27,548 bases of DNA from an uncultured archaeon (GTDB lineage: Archaea; Asgardarchaeota; Lokiarchaeia; Sigyniarchaeales; SOKP01): positions 1 to 27,548 of the forward strand of contig CAZOYD010000047.1 in the NCBI GenBank assembly GCA_964583985.1, read 5' to 3'. The notes under the pieces were generated by a model that made no database searches, had not been told where the DNA came from, and saw only the letters and a program-made list of their open reading frames with translations. This document shows, piece after piece, positions 26,690 to 27,548 of the stretch; the first letter of the stretch is position 1, and every line of letters begins with the position of its first letter. The position numbers and the translations under genes are program-made.

Positions 26690-27517
26690 TCATGTTTGTT
26701 TATACATTGGTACTATTTTAGAGGTGAATTCTTCAAGCGTATAAGGGAATTCATCTTCACTATTTATTTTTCCCAATTCGAGCATGATTTGTCTTGCTAA
26801 AAGCCAAAATGCTACTCCTAATGCTTTTTTGCCCCTATTATTAGCAGGTATGGCGAGATCTATTCCTTTGAGAGTATCGTCTGTATCAAATAGAGAAACA
26901 ACAGGAACACGTGCTAATTTAGCTTCATTTAATACTACTTTATCTGCATGAGGATCCACGATGAGAACAACGGAGGCATCTTTTATATAATCATCGATGA
27001 TAGGATTAGTAAGCGAACCAGGTATGAATCTATTAGTAATAGCTTTACATCCTAAAGCCTTGCAGAATTTTTTTACAGGTTCTTTTCCATATCTTCTTAC
27101 TGAAGTGACTATAACTCGTTCGCTTCCTTCCTCAATGTATTTACTTAAAAATTTCGCAGCTATTTTCAATCGTTCATCTGTTTTAGTTAAATCAATGACA
27201 TATAAACCATAATTGGTCTGCCTATAAACAAATCTTCTTGCATCTCCAGTTAATAGTTTTGTACCAATGTGAATTCCACAGCTCAGATAAAGTTGTTTTT
27301 TTTCTTCGTCTTTATCGATAATTTGCTCTGGTTCTTCAATCTCAGCATCTAGATCTTCAGTATCAAGTAATTCTAATTCTTCCTCTAAATCGAGATCCTC
27401 TTCAAAGTCTTCCTCGAAATCATCAATGAAATGCTTACCGAGAGGCTTTTTAGCGTCTTCCATTTGACCTTCTTCTTCCTTCTCTGGTTCCTCATCTTTC
27501 TTTTTCTTTCTTGCCAA
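26690..27517 (-). CDS. rps2: 30S ribosomal protein uS2 (archaeal/eukaryote-type) with acidic N-terminal extension
   Basis: YL..GIHIGTK, GLYVIDL..T.ERL..AA, RFIPGSLTNP, DP..D.....EA....VP.V.L.DTD and DLAIPANNRG.KAL...FWLLAR; TTG start. Confidence 0.95.
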   Translation of the reverse strand: MARKKKKDEEPEKEEEGQMEDAKKPLGKHFIDDFEEDFEEDLDLEEELELLDTEDLDAEIEEPEQIIDKDEEKKQLYLSCGIHIGTKLLTGDARRFVYRQTNYGLYVIDLTKTDERLKIAAKFLSKYIEEGSERVIVTSVRRYGKEPVKKFCKALGCKAITNRFIPGSLTNPIIDDYIKDASVVLIVDPHADKVVLNEAKLARVPVVSLFDTDDTLKGIDLAIPANNRGKKALGVAFWLLARQIMLELGKINSEDEFPYTLEEFTSKIVPMYKQT

Positions 27518-27548
27518 AGTAGAGACCTTGTAGTTAATGTTTAATATT

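Noticed and set aside
253-27212. Short ORFs of 64-113 aa (e.g. 253..462, 1435..1629, 1660..2001, 4708..4971, 5371..5580, 12736..12942, 13438..13716, 16259..16456, 16586..16801, 18184..18396, 19205..19408, 21924..22259, 22293..22496, 24497..24709, 25770..26042, 26997..27212)
   Set aside because: All overlap longer, motif-supported genes on the opposite strand or in another frame and show no family motifs.

Overview
AT-rich archaeal chromosomal segment, most likely Asgard/Lokiarchaeia-like. This is inferred from the archaeal uS2, the ether-lipid genes, several SCP2 genes, paralogous GPH-MFS transporters and low GC. From left to right: the 3' end of a JAMM/MPN protein that has lost its catalytic residues (missed by the ORF track); DUF998-like and HAAS-like membrane proteins; an orphan amino-methyltransferase; a four-gene ether-lipid operon (CTP-dependent prenol/DAG-type kinase, GGR, GGGPS, DGGGPS) divergent from an SCP2 gene; a tail-to-tail pair of Gfo/Idh/MocA paralogs; an ilvD-family dehydratase, membrane M28 peptidase, second orphan MTase and tandem-SCP2 run; a GlnA-family gene; an IolD-like ThDP enzyme coupled to a QueG-like Fe-S protein; a radical SAM-HhH/DUF4130 pair, both ending in PIP-box-like tails; a tail-to-tail GPH-MFS pair; a CooC-like ATPase; and uS2 with a long acidic N-terminal extension. 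No tRNA, rRNA, CRISPR array or mobile element was seen. All family calls come from motif recognition by eye, not database searches.
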